Of a DNA stretch of 64,000 bases, positions 38,587-49,377 are shown in pieces. The notes below the pieces were generated by a model that saw only the letters and a list, made by a program, of their open reading frames with translations, was not told where the DNA came from and searched no databases. The position numbers and the translations under genes were made by a program. This DNA is from Coleofasciculus sp. B1-GNL1-01. Lineage in GTDB: Bacteria; Cyanobacteriota; Cyanobacteriia; Cyanobacteriales; Coleofasciculaceae. The stretch lies in the NCBI GenBank assembly GCA_040220235.1, contig JAVJTO010000075.1. One strand, given 5' to 3'. Each line of letters starts with the position of its first letter. The stretch's first letter is position 1.

Positions 38587-39400
38587 ATTCTGCCAGGGTT
38601 TGTGCTGTCAAAGCCACCGTCACCAAATCCTCTAATTGATCAACTTCAAGTACCTGTAAACGTGGCTCAATATCTGGCGGAACCTGTTCAAAGCGAGTAG
38701 CAAGGATACGCAATAACTGTCGTAATGTCCCTTGGTGAAGCCCTTGCTGTTGAGCCGCTTCTTCGGGTAGGGGAACAAGATTACCCTCTTGATCATAAAA
38801 TCGTAACCAAACCGCCGTCTCTCGGTCTATCGTTCCTTGCCAAGTTCCCAACCATAACCCCAATGTCTGACACCACAGCCAACCCTGTTCATTGCCAACT
38901 AACGGTTGATATTGTTGAGACGCATCCAAATGCCAACCCTGTAAGGAATTGGGATCAAAGGGATTAAAAACAAAGTAATCCGGTGTTCTAAAAATACGCT
39001 CATAAATATCTTTCTTTGTCCCCGTATCCATAGATGCTGTAGAAGGAGACATTAATTCGACAATTACATCAGGGTAACGTCCCCCTTCTTCCCACACAAC
39101 CCAACCTTGCCGTTCAGTCGTCCCGTCAACATTTAATACGGCAAAGAAATCGGGTCCTCTAAAATCTCGGTTCCGCGCCTGTTCACTGCTGTAATAGATA
39201 AACATATTACCGCTGGTATAGAAATCATTGCGGTCAAGATAGGCTTGCTGCAACGATCGAATCAGGACATTTATAGCAATACGGTGGCGATTACTTTCCA
39301 ACGGTTCTCCATCATCAAAGATTAAGTCAGTTGGCGGCATGGATGGTTCCCAGCCTACCACAGTTTGGGATGTTGTCTCTTGGGTTACCAAGTCGGACAT
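38558..39400 (-). CDS. Uma2-family endonuclease with a C-terminal DUF4351-like tail
   Basis: DDGEPLESNRH, FRGPDFFAV, WVVWEE..RYPDVIVELMSPST, KK.IYE..FRTPDYF. Confidence 0.92.
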   Translation of the reverse strand: MSDLVTQETTSQTVVGWEPSMPPTDLIFDDGEPLESNRHRIAINVLIRSLQQAYLDRNDFYTSGNMFIYYSSEQARNRDFRGPDFFAVLNVDGTTERQGWVVWEEGGRYPDVIVELMSPSTASMDTGTKKDIYERIFRTPDYFVFNPFDPNSLQGWHLDASQQYQPLVGNEQGWLWCQTLGLWLGTWQGTIDRETAVWLRFYDQEGNLVPLPEEAAQQQGLHQGTLRQLLRILATRFEQVPPDIEPRLQVLEVDQLEDLVTVALTAQTLAEFVSNVPEGS

Positions 39401-40005
39401 GATCAGCGTCTCTCTCCACTAAGGTGCTTTTTTCCAGAACCCTAAATGTATCTTAACAAAAGCGCGATCGCTAAGATAGCAGCTCAAGACAAACACATAA
39501 TTTTAAAGAAATACTTTCTGCCATATTCGATTGAGTAAAGGGCGATCCGATCAAATTGAGTGGACACATCTATTGATTTGTGCAAGCGTGTCGCCCTTAC
39601 CCAATACTTAAAGATTATATGCTCCTATCGCCAACAATTCATTTGCTGATTATCTCTATTAATCTTTGATAATCATTGAAAACAAAAAAATCAATTGTTG
39701 TTCGTCGTCAGGGCTTGGGTTCCTCAACCTTGTTAAGTCTCAAGCGTTAATCCAACCTACAACCTCTTCCACCATTGTATGTATGTAGGTAGGGGCATCA
39801 TCCTTGCGCCCCGCTCAGGGTCACACTAAGAGGTTTATAATACATTGTCATGATTTCCACCCAGATTTATTGTGATAAAATGGTGTACCCCAAGCCCTCG
39901 TTTATATGGTGGCAAATTCTCATCCTGATCAAATTGTTTTTGGTACTGATGATTGATCAATAATCAATTTAAATACCCTATTCCTTGACATGACTAATGA
40001 CGATC

Positions 40006-40135
40006 TAGGTAGGTTGATGGAAATAAACTTAACCATACCAAGCTATGTAAACAACTCTCAAACCCTTACAAATGACAAATGACGAATGACAAATGACGAT
40101 CACCGCCATTAACTTAAACTGTCCCTACCGACTTA
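40006..40135. mobile_element. MITE-like element (TAGGTAGGT...ACCGACTTA) with an internal AAATGAC tract
   Basis: shares TGTAAA..CTCAAACCCTTACAAA-(heptamers)-ACC.ACTTA with 54097-54220. Confidence 0.65.
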
Positions 40136-40141
40136 CTCACT

Positions 40142-41317
40142 ATGTCTCATCGTCCCATTTACCTTGACAACCACGCCACCACCCCCATGGATGAACGGGT
40201 GCTAGAGGCGATGCTGCCCTATTTTAGAGAACATTTCGGCAACCCTTCCAGTATCAGCCATGCTTATGGTTGGGAAGCAGAAGCGGCGGTAAAACAAGCA
40301 CGACAAACCCTTGCTGAGGCTATCCACGCTACACCAAAGGAAATCATCTTCACCAGTGGTGCAACAGAAGCAAATAATCTAGCAATTAAAGGGGTAGCTG
40401 AAGCCTATTTCAGTCAAGGGCGTCATATCATTACCGTCCAAACTGAACATCCAGCCGTACTTGATCCCTGTACCTATTTACAAGACTTAGGATTTGAGGT
40501 CACATTTTTGCCTGTCCAAAAGGATGGACTCGTCAACCTAACCCAGCTAGAAAAAACAATTCGTCCCGATACGATTTTAGTCTCGGTGATGGCTGCCAAT
40601 AACGAAATTGGCGTATTACAACCCCTAGCTGAAATTGGAGAACTCTGTCACCAGCATCAGGTACTCTTCCATACCGACGCTGCCCAGGGGATTGGTAAAA
40701 TTCCTTTGGATGTTGAGGTGATGAATATTGACCTAATGTCCTTCACTGCCCATAAACTGTATGGTCCTAAGGGGATTGGGGTGCTTTATGTCCGCCGCCG
40801 TAACCCTAGAGTTAAGTTAGCGTCACAAATTCAGGGAGGGGGACAAGAACGGGGAATCCGTTCGGGTACCCTCTACACGCCGCAAATCATGGGTTTTGCC
40901 AAAGCCGTGGAACTCGGACTCGCTGAACAAGCCTCTGAATCTCAACGCCTCCGCCAGTTACGGGAACAGCTTTGGAACACCCTGTCTCCGTTAGGGGGAA
41001 TTCACCTGAATGGTCATCCAGAACAGCGATTGTCAGGAAATCTTAATATTTCTGTTGAGGGAGTGGATGGTTCTGCCCTACTGTTGGGATTACAGCCTGT
41101 TGTCGCCGTGTCATCGGGTTCAGCTTGCTCATCAAGCCACGTAGCGCCATCCCATGTCCTCTTAGCACTAGGACATTCAAAACCTTTAGCTCATGCCTCA
41201 GTCCGGTTTGGCATTGGACGCTTTAATACAGCCGAGGAAATTGATCGGGTTGCCCAACACGCGATCGCGACAATTGAATCCTTGCGTCAAGCTCAAACCC
41301 CTAAAACGTCGGTCTAG
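40142..41317 (+). CDS. iscS: cysteine desulfurase (IscS/NifS family)
   Basis: YLDNHATT, FGNPSS, FTSGATEANN, HTDAAQ, SFTAHKLYGPKGIG, SSGSAC. Confidence 0.93.
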   Translation: MSHRPIYLDNHATTPMDERVLEAMLPYFREHFGNPSSISHAYGWEAEAAVKQARQTLAEAIHATPKEIIFTSGATEANNLAIKGVAEAYFSQGRHIITVQTEHPAVLDPCTYLQDLGFEVTFLPVQKDGLVNLTQLEKTIRPDTILVSVMAANNEIGVLQPLAEIGELCHQHQVLFHTDAAQGIGKIPLDVEVMNIDLMSFTAHKLYGPKGIGVLYVRRRNPRVKLASQIQGGGQERGIRSGTLYTPQIMGFAKAVELGLAEQASESQRLRQLREQLWNTLSPLGGIHLNGHPEQRLSGNLNISVEGVDGSALLLGLQPVVAVSSGSACSSSHVAPSHVLLALGHSKPLAHASVRFGIGRFNTAEEIDRVAQHAIATIESLRQAQTPKTSV

Positions 41318-41491
41318 TTAGGGGGATTGGTGATTAGGGATTGGTGATTAAAGATTGGGACAATTCTTCCCTATCTCCCCCAGCTTCCTCATCTCCCCCA
41401 GCTTCTCCAGCTTCCCAGCTTCCCCAGCACCGATAACCCCCTCACAGCTAAACTGATAGTCTTACCCATTAACAATCAACAATCGAAGCAG

Positions 41492-41978
41492 TATAATGTA
41501 GAATTAAGGAAACAGTTGCGTACCTACAGTGACACTAGGTTCGACCTGTAGAAACTATCTCATAGATACTGTCCGTAACTGATTCACACTTCCAGACTTT
41601 TGACTTGCACGTTACCAAACTCCAATGCTTGCCCTTGGGCGAAGGGGCATGACATTGGCTACCTGTAGCATTGGAGAAAAAGTAGATCCATGAGAGTGTC
41701 AGTAGTCTTCAGTCACTCCCTGATCACGATTTACGTTTTCTAAGTAAAGCTAAAGTTTTTGCTTTTCAGAATCATAAAGGGTAGCCAAAGTAAGAGTGAC
41801 CGATCAATTTTAGGTATGCGATTTAAGATTTTTGGTGAAAAAGGTAACTCAGACAAGCATTCAAGCATTATTAAAGCTTGGCTAGTTTGCCTGTTCTCTA
41901 AACTAATCAGCTATCTAAAATTTCAACAAAGACCAAGCTTCAGTACTTGAGCGTACTGCCAAATTTTGAGGGAATTGA
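41492..41978 (+). promoter_or_regulatory. -10 box (TATAAT, 41492-41497) and long 5' leader of rne
   Basis: perfect TATAAT about 480 nt upstream of the ATG with no credible ORF between; long rne 5'UTRs are known in cyanobacteria. Confidence 0.55.
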
Positions 41979-44015
41979 ATGGCAAAGCAAATTATTATTG
42001 CAGAGCAATATCGGCTGGCTGCTGTTTTTTCAGAAGATCAAATCCAAGAACTTGTCGTTGCCACGGGCAGCCACCAAGTCGGTGATATTTATCTCGGTAT
42101 TGTCGAAAACGTTTTACCAGGCATTGATGCCGCATTCGTCAATATTGGTGATGCCGAACGCAATGGATTTATTCATGTCACTGACTTGGGTCCTCTGCGA
42201 CTTAAACGTCGCTCCGGGGCGATTACGGAACTGCTTACCCCGCAGCAAAAAGTCTTAGTCCAAGTGATGAAGGAGCCGACGGGCAATAAAGGTCCTCGGC
42301 TGACCGGAAATATCAGCTTACCAGGTCGTTATCTGGTGCTGATGCCTTATGGACGAGGGGTTAATTTATCCCGACGGATAAAGAACGAAAACGAACGTAA
42401 TCGCCTCAGAGCCTTGGCTGTGCTGATTAAACCCGCTGGGATGGGATTATTGGTTCGCACAGAAGCCGAGGGCAGAGCGGAAGAAGCGATAATGGAGGAT
42501 TTGGAGGCGCTGCAACGCCAGTGGGAAGCCATCCAGCAGGAGGCAACTTCCACCAGAGCGCCAGCTCTACTTAATCGCGATGATGATTTTATCCAACGAG
42601 TCCTCCGCGATATGTACACAGCGGATGTGAATCGGATTGTGGTTGATTCCAATACTGGGGTCAAACGGGTAAAACAGCAGTTAGTAAGCTGGAGTGGCGG
42701 TCGATCACCGGAAGGGGTTTTAATTGACCATCACCGCGATCGCCTCTCAATTCTCGATTATTTCCGTATTAATGCGGCGATTCGAGAAGCCTTAAAGCCA
42801 CGAGTTGATCTGCCATCGGGAGGCTATATTATTATCCAACCGACGGAAGCGCTAACCGTTATTGATGTAAACTCCGGTTCCTTTACCCGTTCCGCTACGG
42901 CGCGAGAAACCGTCCTCTGGACTAACTGCGAAGCCGCGACAGAAATCGCCCGCCAATTGCGCCTACGTAATATTGCTGGCGTAATCATCGTGGACTTTAT
43001 CGATATGGACTCGCGGCGTGATCAATTACAAGTTCTGGAACATTTCAACAAAGCGTTGAAAATGGACAAAGCCAGACCCCAAATCGCCCAATTGTCAGAA
43101 TTGGGGTTAGTCGAACTCACCCGCAAGCGCCAAGGTCAAAATATTTACGAATTATTTGGTCGCACTTGTCCAAGCTGTGGTGGATTGGGACATCTGGTGC
43201 ATCTTCCCGGTGAGCCAGAACCTCAAGTACAGCAAGAGCCAGAGCCTATTTCTCGCGTTGACATCCCAGAAACCTCTGATCTTCCAGAACCCCTGGATAT
43301 CCCTGGCTTTAATGAACCGGATGAACTTGAACTCAATCATCCGAGTTATCAAGAACGGGGAATCCCCAATGGCACTAATCGCCGCCGTCGCCGTCGCCGC
43401 CTGGAGGATGTAATCTCCAAGGATGAACCTGTAGCCAAGAGCAGCAATGTTCGCCCAATTACCTTGTCTCAACGTTCCTCTGATGTGAGTGAAGATGTAG
43501 AGGGGACGAGGCGCGATACGACATCTGTTGAACGTCCCATCGTGTCAGACTCCAGTGAACGAGTGGGCAAACCCCAGCTCATTCGGTCGGTGGTAGAAAT
43601 GGAACCGCCGGAAGTTATTCAGGTTGAGATGACGCCGGAAGAACAGGATGTTTATGCTTTGATGGGTATTTCACCATTAGTGCGGTTAGATCAGGAGATT
43701 AGAAATCCCCGATCAGTTATGGTTTCGGTGGTGCTTCCTGGAGAAGCTGAATCGGATTCTTCTGACAATGACACTCCTGACAATGACACCACTGATAATG
43801 ACACCACTGACGATTCATGGGAGGATAGGTCTCACCCATCAGAGGAGTCAGACTCAGAAGAGAGTTCAGACAAAGTACTGGTTACTTCTTCTGGAGAAGC
43901 CGTTGATGCTGATTTAGAATCATCGGCTGATTCAACCTCAACCAGCGAATCAGAAACAAAACCGCCTTTGATTCGCCGTCGCCGCCGCCGTTCTTCAGCA
44001 ATGGAGAATGAGTAA
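41979..44015 (+). CDS. rne: ribonuclease E
   Basis: S1 domain, TEALTVIDVNSG, IIVDFIDM, CPSCGGLG, RRRRRR patches, EEQDVYALMGISPL, C-terminal RRRRRRSSA. Confidence 0.97.
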   Translation: MAKQIIIAEQYRLAAVFSEDQIQELVVATGSHQVGDIYLGIVENVLPGIDAAFVNIGDAERNGFIHVTDLGPLRLKRRSGAITELLTPQQKVLVQVMKEPTGNKGPRLTGNISLPGRYLVLMPYGRGVNLSRRIKNENERNRLRALAVLIKPAGMGLLVRTEAEGRAEEAIMEDLEALQRQWEAIQQEATSTRAPALLNRDDDFIQRVLRDMYTADVNRIVVDSNTGVKRVKQQLVSWSGGRSPEGVLIDHHRDRLSILDYFRINAAIREALKPRVDLPSGGYIIIQPTEALTVIDVNSGSFTRSATARETVLWTNCEAATEIARQLRLRNIAGVIIVDFIDMDSRRDQLQVLEHFNKALKMDKARPQIAQLSELGLVELTRKRQGQNIYELFGRTCPSCGGLGHLVHLPGEPEPQVQQEPEPISRVDIPETSDLPEPLDIPGFNEPDELELNHPSYQERGIPNGTNRRRRRRRLEDVISKDEPVAKSSNVRPITLSQRSSDVSEDVEGTRRDTTSVERPIVSDSSERVGKPQLIRSVVEMEPPEVIQVEMTPEEQDVYALMGISPLVRLDQEIRNPRSVMVSVVLPGEAESDSSDNDTPDNDTTDNDTTDDSWEDRSHPSEESDSEESSDKVLVTSSGEAVDADLESSADSTSTSESETKPPLIRRRRRRSSAMENE

Positions 44016-44099
44016 GGGATAAAGGGGTTTCAAAAGCGGATTGGGTATCACCCCCCAAGTTAGGCTTCACCCCTAGCCCCTCTCATTCCCCCCTTATAG

Positions 44100-44190
44100 A
44101 TCCCCCTCCCGTCCCCCTTAAAAAGGGGGAAGCCAGAGGATGCTTCGCTTTTTTGGCACAGGAAAGCCAGAGAATGCTTCGCTTTTTGTT
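44100..44190. repeat. CCCCCTTAAAAAGGGGG palindromic repeat followed by two copies of an approximately 25-bp unit
   Basis: AAGCCAGAG(G/A)ATGCTTCGCTTTTT twice; the palindrome matches the one inside the NACHT gene. Confidence 0.7.
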
Positions 44191-44238
44191 CCATGGGGGA
44201 GGTCTTATTTATGTAACGGCAGAGCATAGTAAGAATCC

Positions 44239-44874
44239 ATGAAAATGGAAAATTCGGCTAACTATTGTCAACTACCCGAACTATCAGGCGATCGCAAATT
44301 GGTCGCCGGAGTCGATGAAGTTGGGCGTGGCGCTTTATTTGGTCCGGTTGTGGCAGCAGCGGTTATTTTACCCGCATCGACTCTGCCCAATTTGGCTGGT
44401 TCTGGAATGAAAGATAGTAAACAGTTAACTCGTCTACGACGCCAGAAATTGGCGCAAGCGATTCAAGAGTTAGCCGTCGATTGGAGGATTGGTTATGCCA
44501 CCAGTGCTGAAATCGACCAAATTAATATCTTACAAGCCTCTCTGTTGGCAATGAAACGGGCTGTGCTTAAGTTAAAAGTGCAGCCTGATTTATGTTTGAT
44601 TGATGGGAGACAGGCATTGGTAGGCTTACCTGTACCCCAAAAAAGTCTGATTAAAGGAGATCAGCGATCGCTGGAAATCGCAGCGGCTAGCATTGTGGCG
44701 AAAGTCTGGCGTGATGATTTAGTTGGGCGTTTAGCGACGAAGTATCCTGATTATGACTTAGCCGCTAATAAGGGATATGGAACTCAACGACATCGTTTAG
44801 CCCTCCAACAGTTGGGACCTTCGCCCCAGCATCGCCGTTCCTTTCGTCCTTGTCAACTCAAGGATGGAAAATGA
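44239..44874 (+). CDS. rnhB: ribonuclease HII
   Basis: AGVDEVGRGALFGPV, DSKQL, LIDG, KGD..S.EIAAASIVAKV.RD, NKGYGT. Confidence 0.97.
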   Translation: MKMENSANYCQLPELSGDRKLVAGVDEVGRGALFGPVVAAAVILPASTLPNLAGSGMKDSKQLTRLRRQKLAQAIQELAVDWRIGYATSAEIDQINILQASLLAMKRAVLKLKVQPDLCLIDGRQALVGLPVPQKSLIKGDQRSLEIAAASIVAKVWRDDLVGRLATKYPDYDLAANKGYGTQRHRLALQQLGPSPQHRRSFRPCQLKDGK

Positions 44875-45028
44875 GGGAGTTGGGGTGTACAGGAGCGCAG
44901 GAGCAGGGGGAGCCATGTAGAGACGTGCCATGGCGCGTCTGGGAGATGGGAAAATGAGGAAGTTAACTCAAAACTCTACCTTACCTGTTCCATATCCCCG
45001 TTCCATATCCCTGTTCCCTGACAAATGA

Positions 45029-45619
45029 CTAAATGCTGGGATTATCAGCGGGTGCAAGATGCTGAGAGTTAGGTTGAGCCAGGGTTTGGCGATCCGCGTT
45101 AGCCCATTGCCGATAATCCAATAGCAGTTGATGCATTAATTTCTGCTTAATTCGCAGCAACACACTTTTGAGTAATCCATTTCCGGTTGTTTCAATAATG
45201 GGTTGGGGTGTCATCGAGAGAGGAAAGGGAATATCCACCCGAACCTTTAAATCAGCCTTACCTTTAAGCCGAGTGGTGTTTTGCTGTTGCTCAGGATAGA
45301 GTTTTCCTTTGACCTCCAGGGTAAAGCGTTGATTGATGTAGTCTAATCCAGGAATGTCACAATCTACCGATCGCAGATGAACTGTACCGTCACTATCTGC
45401 CCAAACTTTGAGAATGACTCGTGGTTGAAAGGTTAAGGACAGAAAATGCAATGGACGCATCTTCAGGCGAAACTGCTCTGGACTCAGTTGCTCGATCAGA
45501 TTCGGATCAGCGATCGCGTGTACCAGGCGCTGAGGTTGACGTAAATAGTGCTGAATCGGGATGGGTTGTTCAGATACGGCAAGTTCTACGGATTGGGATG
45601 CAGTAAACTGGCTGGTCAT
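45029..45619 (-). CDS. DUF1997-family protein
   Basis: F.ASQSV....EQPIPIQHYLRQPQRLV, TGNGLLKSVL.RIKQ.L..QLL.DY..W. Confidence 0.88.
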   Translation of the reverse strand: MTSQFTASQSVELAVSEQPIPIQHYLRQPQRLVHAIADPNLIEQLSPEQFRLKMRPLHFLSLTFQPRVILKVWADSDGTVHLRSVDCDIPGLDYINQRFTLEVKGKLYPEQQQNTTRLKGKADLKVRVDIPFPLSMTPQPIIETTGNGLLKSVLLRIKQKLMHQLLLDYRQWANADRQTLAQPNSQHLAPADNPSI

Positions 45620-45925
45620 AGGGTGAGAGCAACGTTGGGTTTTGTCTAAGTTTCTTAAAGTTAATCTTACTTTAATTAAAGTTTATTTACATAACTGGGG
45701 GGAATTTTTTAAGGTTATGGGGATGAGCGAGTCTCGTAAATGAGACTACAGCATGTAACTTAATCCTTACTCCAATTGTAGAAATTATGCTCGCCAACCG
45801 TTATCTTCCTATAGAAGACTTTCAGTTCCTCGATCGGAGCAATGATTTAGTCCTAAGGACGGAAATTATTAAACCTCATTACTGAAAACAAATAAAGCAT
45901 TAAATTATAAACTAAAACGCAGTTT

Positions 45926-46789
45926 ATGTCAATTTCAATTGCCCATCTTGGACCACCAGGGACTTACGCAGAAGCGGCAGCATTAGCTTACTGTCGCACT
46001 CTTACCCGTGAATGTGATTCAAAAGCCTGGTTATGTCCTTATCCCAGCATTGCCCAAACTCTGCACGCCGTCGCCAAGGGGCAAGCAGATTTGGCGGTGG
46101 TGCCTGTGGAAAATTCCATTGAAGGCAGTGTCACGATTACGTTGGATACGCTGTGGCAACTCGATCAACTACAAATTCAACAGGCATTGGTGTTGCCAAT
46201 CCAACATGCCCTGTTATCACGGGCATCTCGTCTTCAGGCAATCCAAACCGTTTATTCTCATCCTCAAGCCCTTGCCCAATGTCAAGGGTGGCTAGAAAAC
46301 AGTCTACCCTTGGTACAACTCGTACCCACCAATTCAACCACAGAAGCCTTACAGCATCTGGATACTGACTATACGGCAGGCGTGATCGCGTCTCAACGGG
46401 CGGCGATGCTTTATCAATTACCTATCCTGGCGGCGGCTATCAATGATTATCCAGACAACTGTACTCGTTTTTGGATTGTGGGTCAGCAATCGTCTCCTGG
46501 GGGTAGTCATACCTCCCTAGCGTTTAGCACGCCCGCCAATGTGCCGGGAGCCTTAGTTAAACCCCTGCAAGCCTTTGCCCAGCGAGAGATTAACCTGAGT
46601 CGGATTGAGTCTCGCCCGACGAAGCGATCGCTGGGTGAGTATCTTTTCTTTATTGATTTAGAAGCCGATACCTCTACACCGTTGGTGCAAGAGGCACTCT
46701 CAGAAGCTGCCTCTCATACAGAAATTCTGAAAATTTTTGGCAGCTACAGCGTCATACCCATTGATTCAACCGCGCTGATTGAGAATTAA
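45926..46789 (+). CDS. pheA: prephenate dehydratase
   Basis: LGPPGTYAE, VPVENSIEGSV, SHPQALAQC, NCTRF, INLSRIESRP. Confidence 0.97.
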   Translation: MSISIAHLGPPGTYAEAAALAYCRTLTRECDSKAWLCPYPSIAQTLHAVAKGQADLAVVPVENSIEGSVTITLDTLWQLDQLQIQQALVLPIQHALLSRASRLQAIQTVYSHPQALAQCQGWLENSLPLVQLVPTNSTTEALQHLDTDYTAGVIASQRAAMLYQLPILAAAINDYPDNCTRFWIVGQQSSPGGSHTSLAFSTPANVPGALVKPLQAFAQREINLSRIESRPTKRSLGEYLFFIDLEADTSTPLVQEALSEAASHTEILKIFGSYSVIPIDSTALIEN

Positions 46790-46805
46790 GCTTAGAGAAT
46801 TAAGC

Positions 46806-47447
46806 TTAATTAAATGCATCTTTAAGAACTGTACGGGCAGCCAAATGATTGCGCGTGGAGGTAAGTATTTCCGCTTCGCGTTCCAAACGGGCTGCTGTAT
46901 CCTGCATTTCTAACAACGCTTGTTGTTCCGAGGCGACGCCGTAAAGATTGCCCGCTACCCAATACGATAGTTCTAAGGGAAGGTCTGGCAAGTCTTCGGG
47001 CAGCTCGATTTTCTGATCCGTCAGCTTGGCAGAAAGATGGACAACATCTCGCAGCAATTGCTCAACGGATGTGGAAATTTCTTTTAAGTCTTTTTGAGAG
47101 GGTTGATCCTCTATCCATTCCACCAATCCGACACGATAGGGTTTTTCTCGGACGTATTCTAAAACCCGAAATCTTTGCTGACCCAGGGTTAAGACTTTCA
47201 TCCGATCATCAGGCAGACGCTGGAAATGTATAATTTCAGCGCAGCAGCCAACGGCGGCGGGTTGACCTTGCACCGGGTCCCACATTAATACCCCAAAACG
47301 CCGATCGCTCTCCAAAATCGTGTTCATCAGGATACGATAGCGAAATTCAAAGATATGGAGGGGCAGAGGACGTCCCGGAAATAGAACCACTTCTGGCAGT
47401 GGAAACAAAGGAAGTTCTCTAACAGCAATTGAGGAAGAGGATGCCAT
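46806..47447 (-). CDS. Lon peptidase substrate-binding-domain protein
   Basis: ELPLFPLPEVVLFPG..LPLHIFEFRYR. Confidence 0.93.
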   Translation of the reverse strand: MASSSSIAVRELPLFPLPEVVLFPGRPLPLHIFEFRYRILMNTILESDRRFGVLMWDPVQGQPAAVGCCAEIIHFQRLPDDRMKVLTLGQQRFRVLEYVREKPYRVGLVEWIEDQPSQKDLKEISTSVEQLLRDVVHLSAKLTDQKIELPEDLPDLPLELSYWVAGNLYGVASEQQALLEMQDTAARLEREAEILTSTRNHLAARTVLKDAFN

Positions 47448-47629
47448 TGTGCCTTGGTGAAAAGGGTAACTGCGCTTCTTTACCTACTTTAACGGATTTT
47501 TTGGGGACAAGAAGCCACAAAATCCGTTAAAGCTGTACTAACTCATATCTTGTCCGGTTTTATGGCATGTCTATTGCCTGTACTGATTTGGGCAAGAGCA
47601 TTACCCTTCTACCCTTCTCATCTTCCACC

Positions 47630-47947
47630 CTATAACTTCACTTCAATATCCACACCAGCCGGTAAATCCAGTTTCATCAGGGCGTCAATGGTTTTGGACG
47701 ATGGCTGATAAATGTCAATAAGTCGCCGATGAGTACGAGTTTCAAAATGTTCCCGCGAGTCTTTATCAACGTGGGGCGATCGCAAGACACAATAAATACG
47801 ACGTTTGGTTGGTAAGGGAATTGGACCGACGGCGGCAGCATTGGTGCGATTTGCTGTATCCACAATCTTTTCGCATGAAGTGTCTAGTAATCGCCGATCA
47901 AATGCTTTAAGACGAATCCGAATTTTTTGCTGCTGAATCGTTGCCAT
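47630..47947 (-). CDS. rpsJ: 30S ribosomal protein S10
   Basis: [31 protein letters not shown]. Confidence 0.99.
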   Translation of the reverse strand: MATIQQQKIRIRLKAFDRRLLDTSCEKIVDTANRTNAAAVGPIPLPTKRRIYCVLRSPHVDKDSREHFETRTHRRLIDIYQPSSKTIDALMKLDLPAGVDIEVKL

Positions 47948-48069
47948 TTTTTTGAGTTGTCTAGGTTCTGAAATAATTAGGAGCTTTAAGTGTTGAGAGT
48001 TGCATGAATGTTCCCGAACTCAGAACTCAACACTCGGAATTCATAACGTTTTGCCAACACAGAGAATAA

Positions 48070-48101
48070 GGAGCAGAGAAAAGCATCAGCTTCTCTGCTC
48101 C
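48070..48101 (-). terminator. stem-loop after tufA
   Basis: GGAGCAGAGAA...TTCTCTGCTCC 11-bp stem. Confidence 0.55.
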
Positions 48102-48124
48102 TACTCTTTGGAGTGAGAACAGGG

Positions 48125-49354
48125 CTACTTGAGGATTTTGGAGACAACACCTGCACCGATGGTGCGACCGCCTTCACGAATGGCAAAGCGCATTCCTTGT
48201 TCAATCGCGATCGGGTTGATTAACTCCACGGTCATTTTTACTCGGTCTCCCGGCATAACCATTTCCACATTGCTACCATCATCAGCGGTGTAGGAACTGA
48301 TTGTTCCCGTCACATCGGTGGTACGAACGTAGAACTGAGGGCGATAACCGGAAAAGAATGGAGTATGACGTCCTCCTTCTTCTTTTTTGAGGACATAGAC
48401 TTCCGACTCAAACTGAGTATGAGGCGTGATCGAACCGGGCTTGGCAATTACCATTCCTCGCTCAATATCTTTCTTCTCAACACCTCGGAGCAGAATTCCG
48501 GCATTGTCACCCGCCATCCCTTCATCGAGACTCTTCTTAAACATCTCAATGCCGGTGACGGTTTTCTTGACCGTATCCCGGAGTCCAACTAGCTCAACTT
48601 CGTCGCCAATCTTGACCTTACCGCGCTCGATCCGACCCGTGGCAACTGTCCCCCGACCGGTGATGGTGAAGACATCTTCAACTGCCATCAGGAAGGGCTT
48701 ATCCACATCCCGTTCTGGGGTAGGAATGTAAGCATCGACCTCATCCATTAACGCATAGATCTGATCAACCCACTCATCATCACCCTTCTTAATGTTTGGG
48801 TTAGAGGTAAGAGAGTCAAGCGCCTTTAACGCCGAACCTGCCACGATGGGAATATTATCTCCATCAAATTCATAATCACTGAGGAGTTCGCGGACTTCCA
48901 GTTCCACCAATTCCAGTAATTCTTCGTCGTCCACCATGTCTTTCTTATTCAAAAAGACCACCAAGTTGGGGACGCCTACCTGCTTGGCAAGGAGGATATG
49001 TTCCCGTGTTTGCGGCATCGGACCGTCAGCGGCGGAAACCACCAGGATCGCCCCATCCATTTGAGCCGCACCCGTGATCATGTTTTTCACGTAGTCAGCG
49101 TGTCCTGGGCAATCAACGTGAGCGTAGTGGCGATTCGCCGTTTCATACTCAACGTGAGCGGTGTTAATGGTAATCCCCCGCGCCTTTTCCTCTGGTGCCG
49201 CATCGATTTCTTCGTACTTCTTGGCGGTTGCTTGACCTGATGAAGCCAGAGTCATGGTGATGGCAGCCGTCAACGTTGTTTTACCGTGGTCTACGTGACC
49301 AATTGTGCCAATGTTGACGTGGGGTTTAGTCCTTTCAAACTTTGAGCGTGCCAT
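48125..49354 (-). CDS. tufA: elongation factor Tu
   Basis: [21 protein letters not shown]. Confidence 0.99.
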   Translation of the reverse strand: MARSKFERTKPHVNIGTIGHVDHGKTTLTAAITMTLASSGQATAKKYEEIDAAPEEKARGITINTAHVEYETANRHYAHVDCPGHADYVKNMITGAAQMDGAILVVSAADGPMPQTREHILLAKQVGVPNLVVFLNKKDMVDDEELLELVELEVRELLSDYEFDGDNIPIVAGSALKALDSLTSNPNIKKGDDEWVDQIYALMDEVDAYIPTPERDVDKPFLMAVEDVFTITGRGTVATGRIERGKVKIGDEVELVGLRDTVKKTVTGIEMFKKSLDEGMAGDNAGILLRGVEKKDIERGMVIAKPGSITPHTQFESEVYVLKKEEGGRHTPFFSGYRPQFYVRTTDVTGTISSYTADDGSNVEMVMPGDRVKMTVELINPIAIEQGMRFAIREGGRTIGAGVVSKILK

Positions 49355-49377
49355 GAATTACGTTTTCCTTTTCTTAG

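Noticed and set aside
39445..39456. 12-bp match (AATGTATCTTAA) to the predicted TnpB guide upstream of a Uma2 gene
   Set aside because: TAM-proximal guide bases do not match and no TTGAC is adjacent; more likely a shared -10 context or chance
39530..39605. long imperfect hairpin as an sRNA candidate
   Set aside because: arms (GTAAGGGCGACACGC-like) resemble the local REP families
44130..44190. two direct repeats of about 25 bp, as a mini-CRISPR
   Set aside because: only two units with a spacer of about 8 bp
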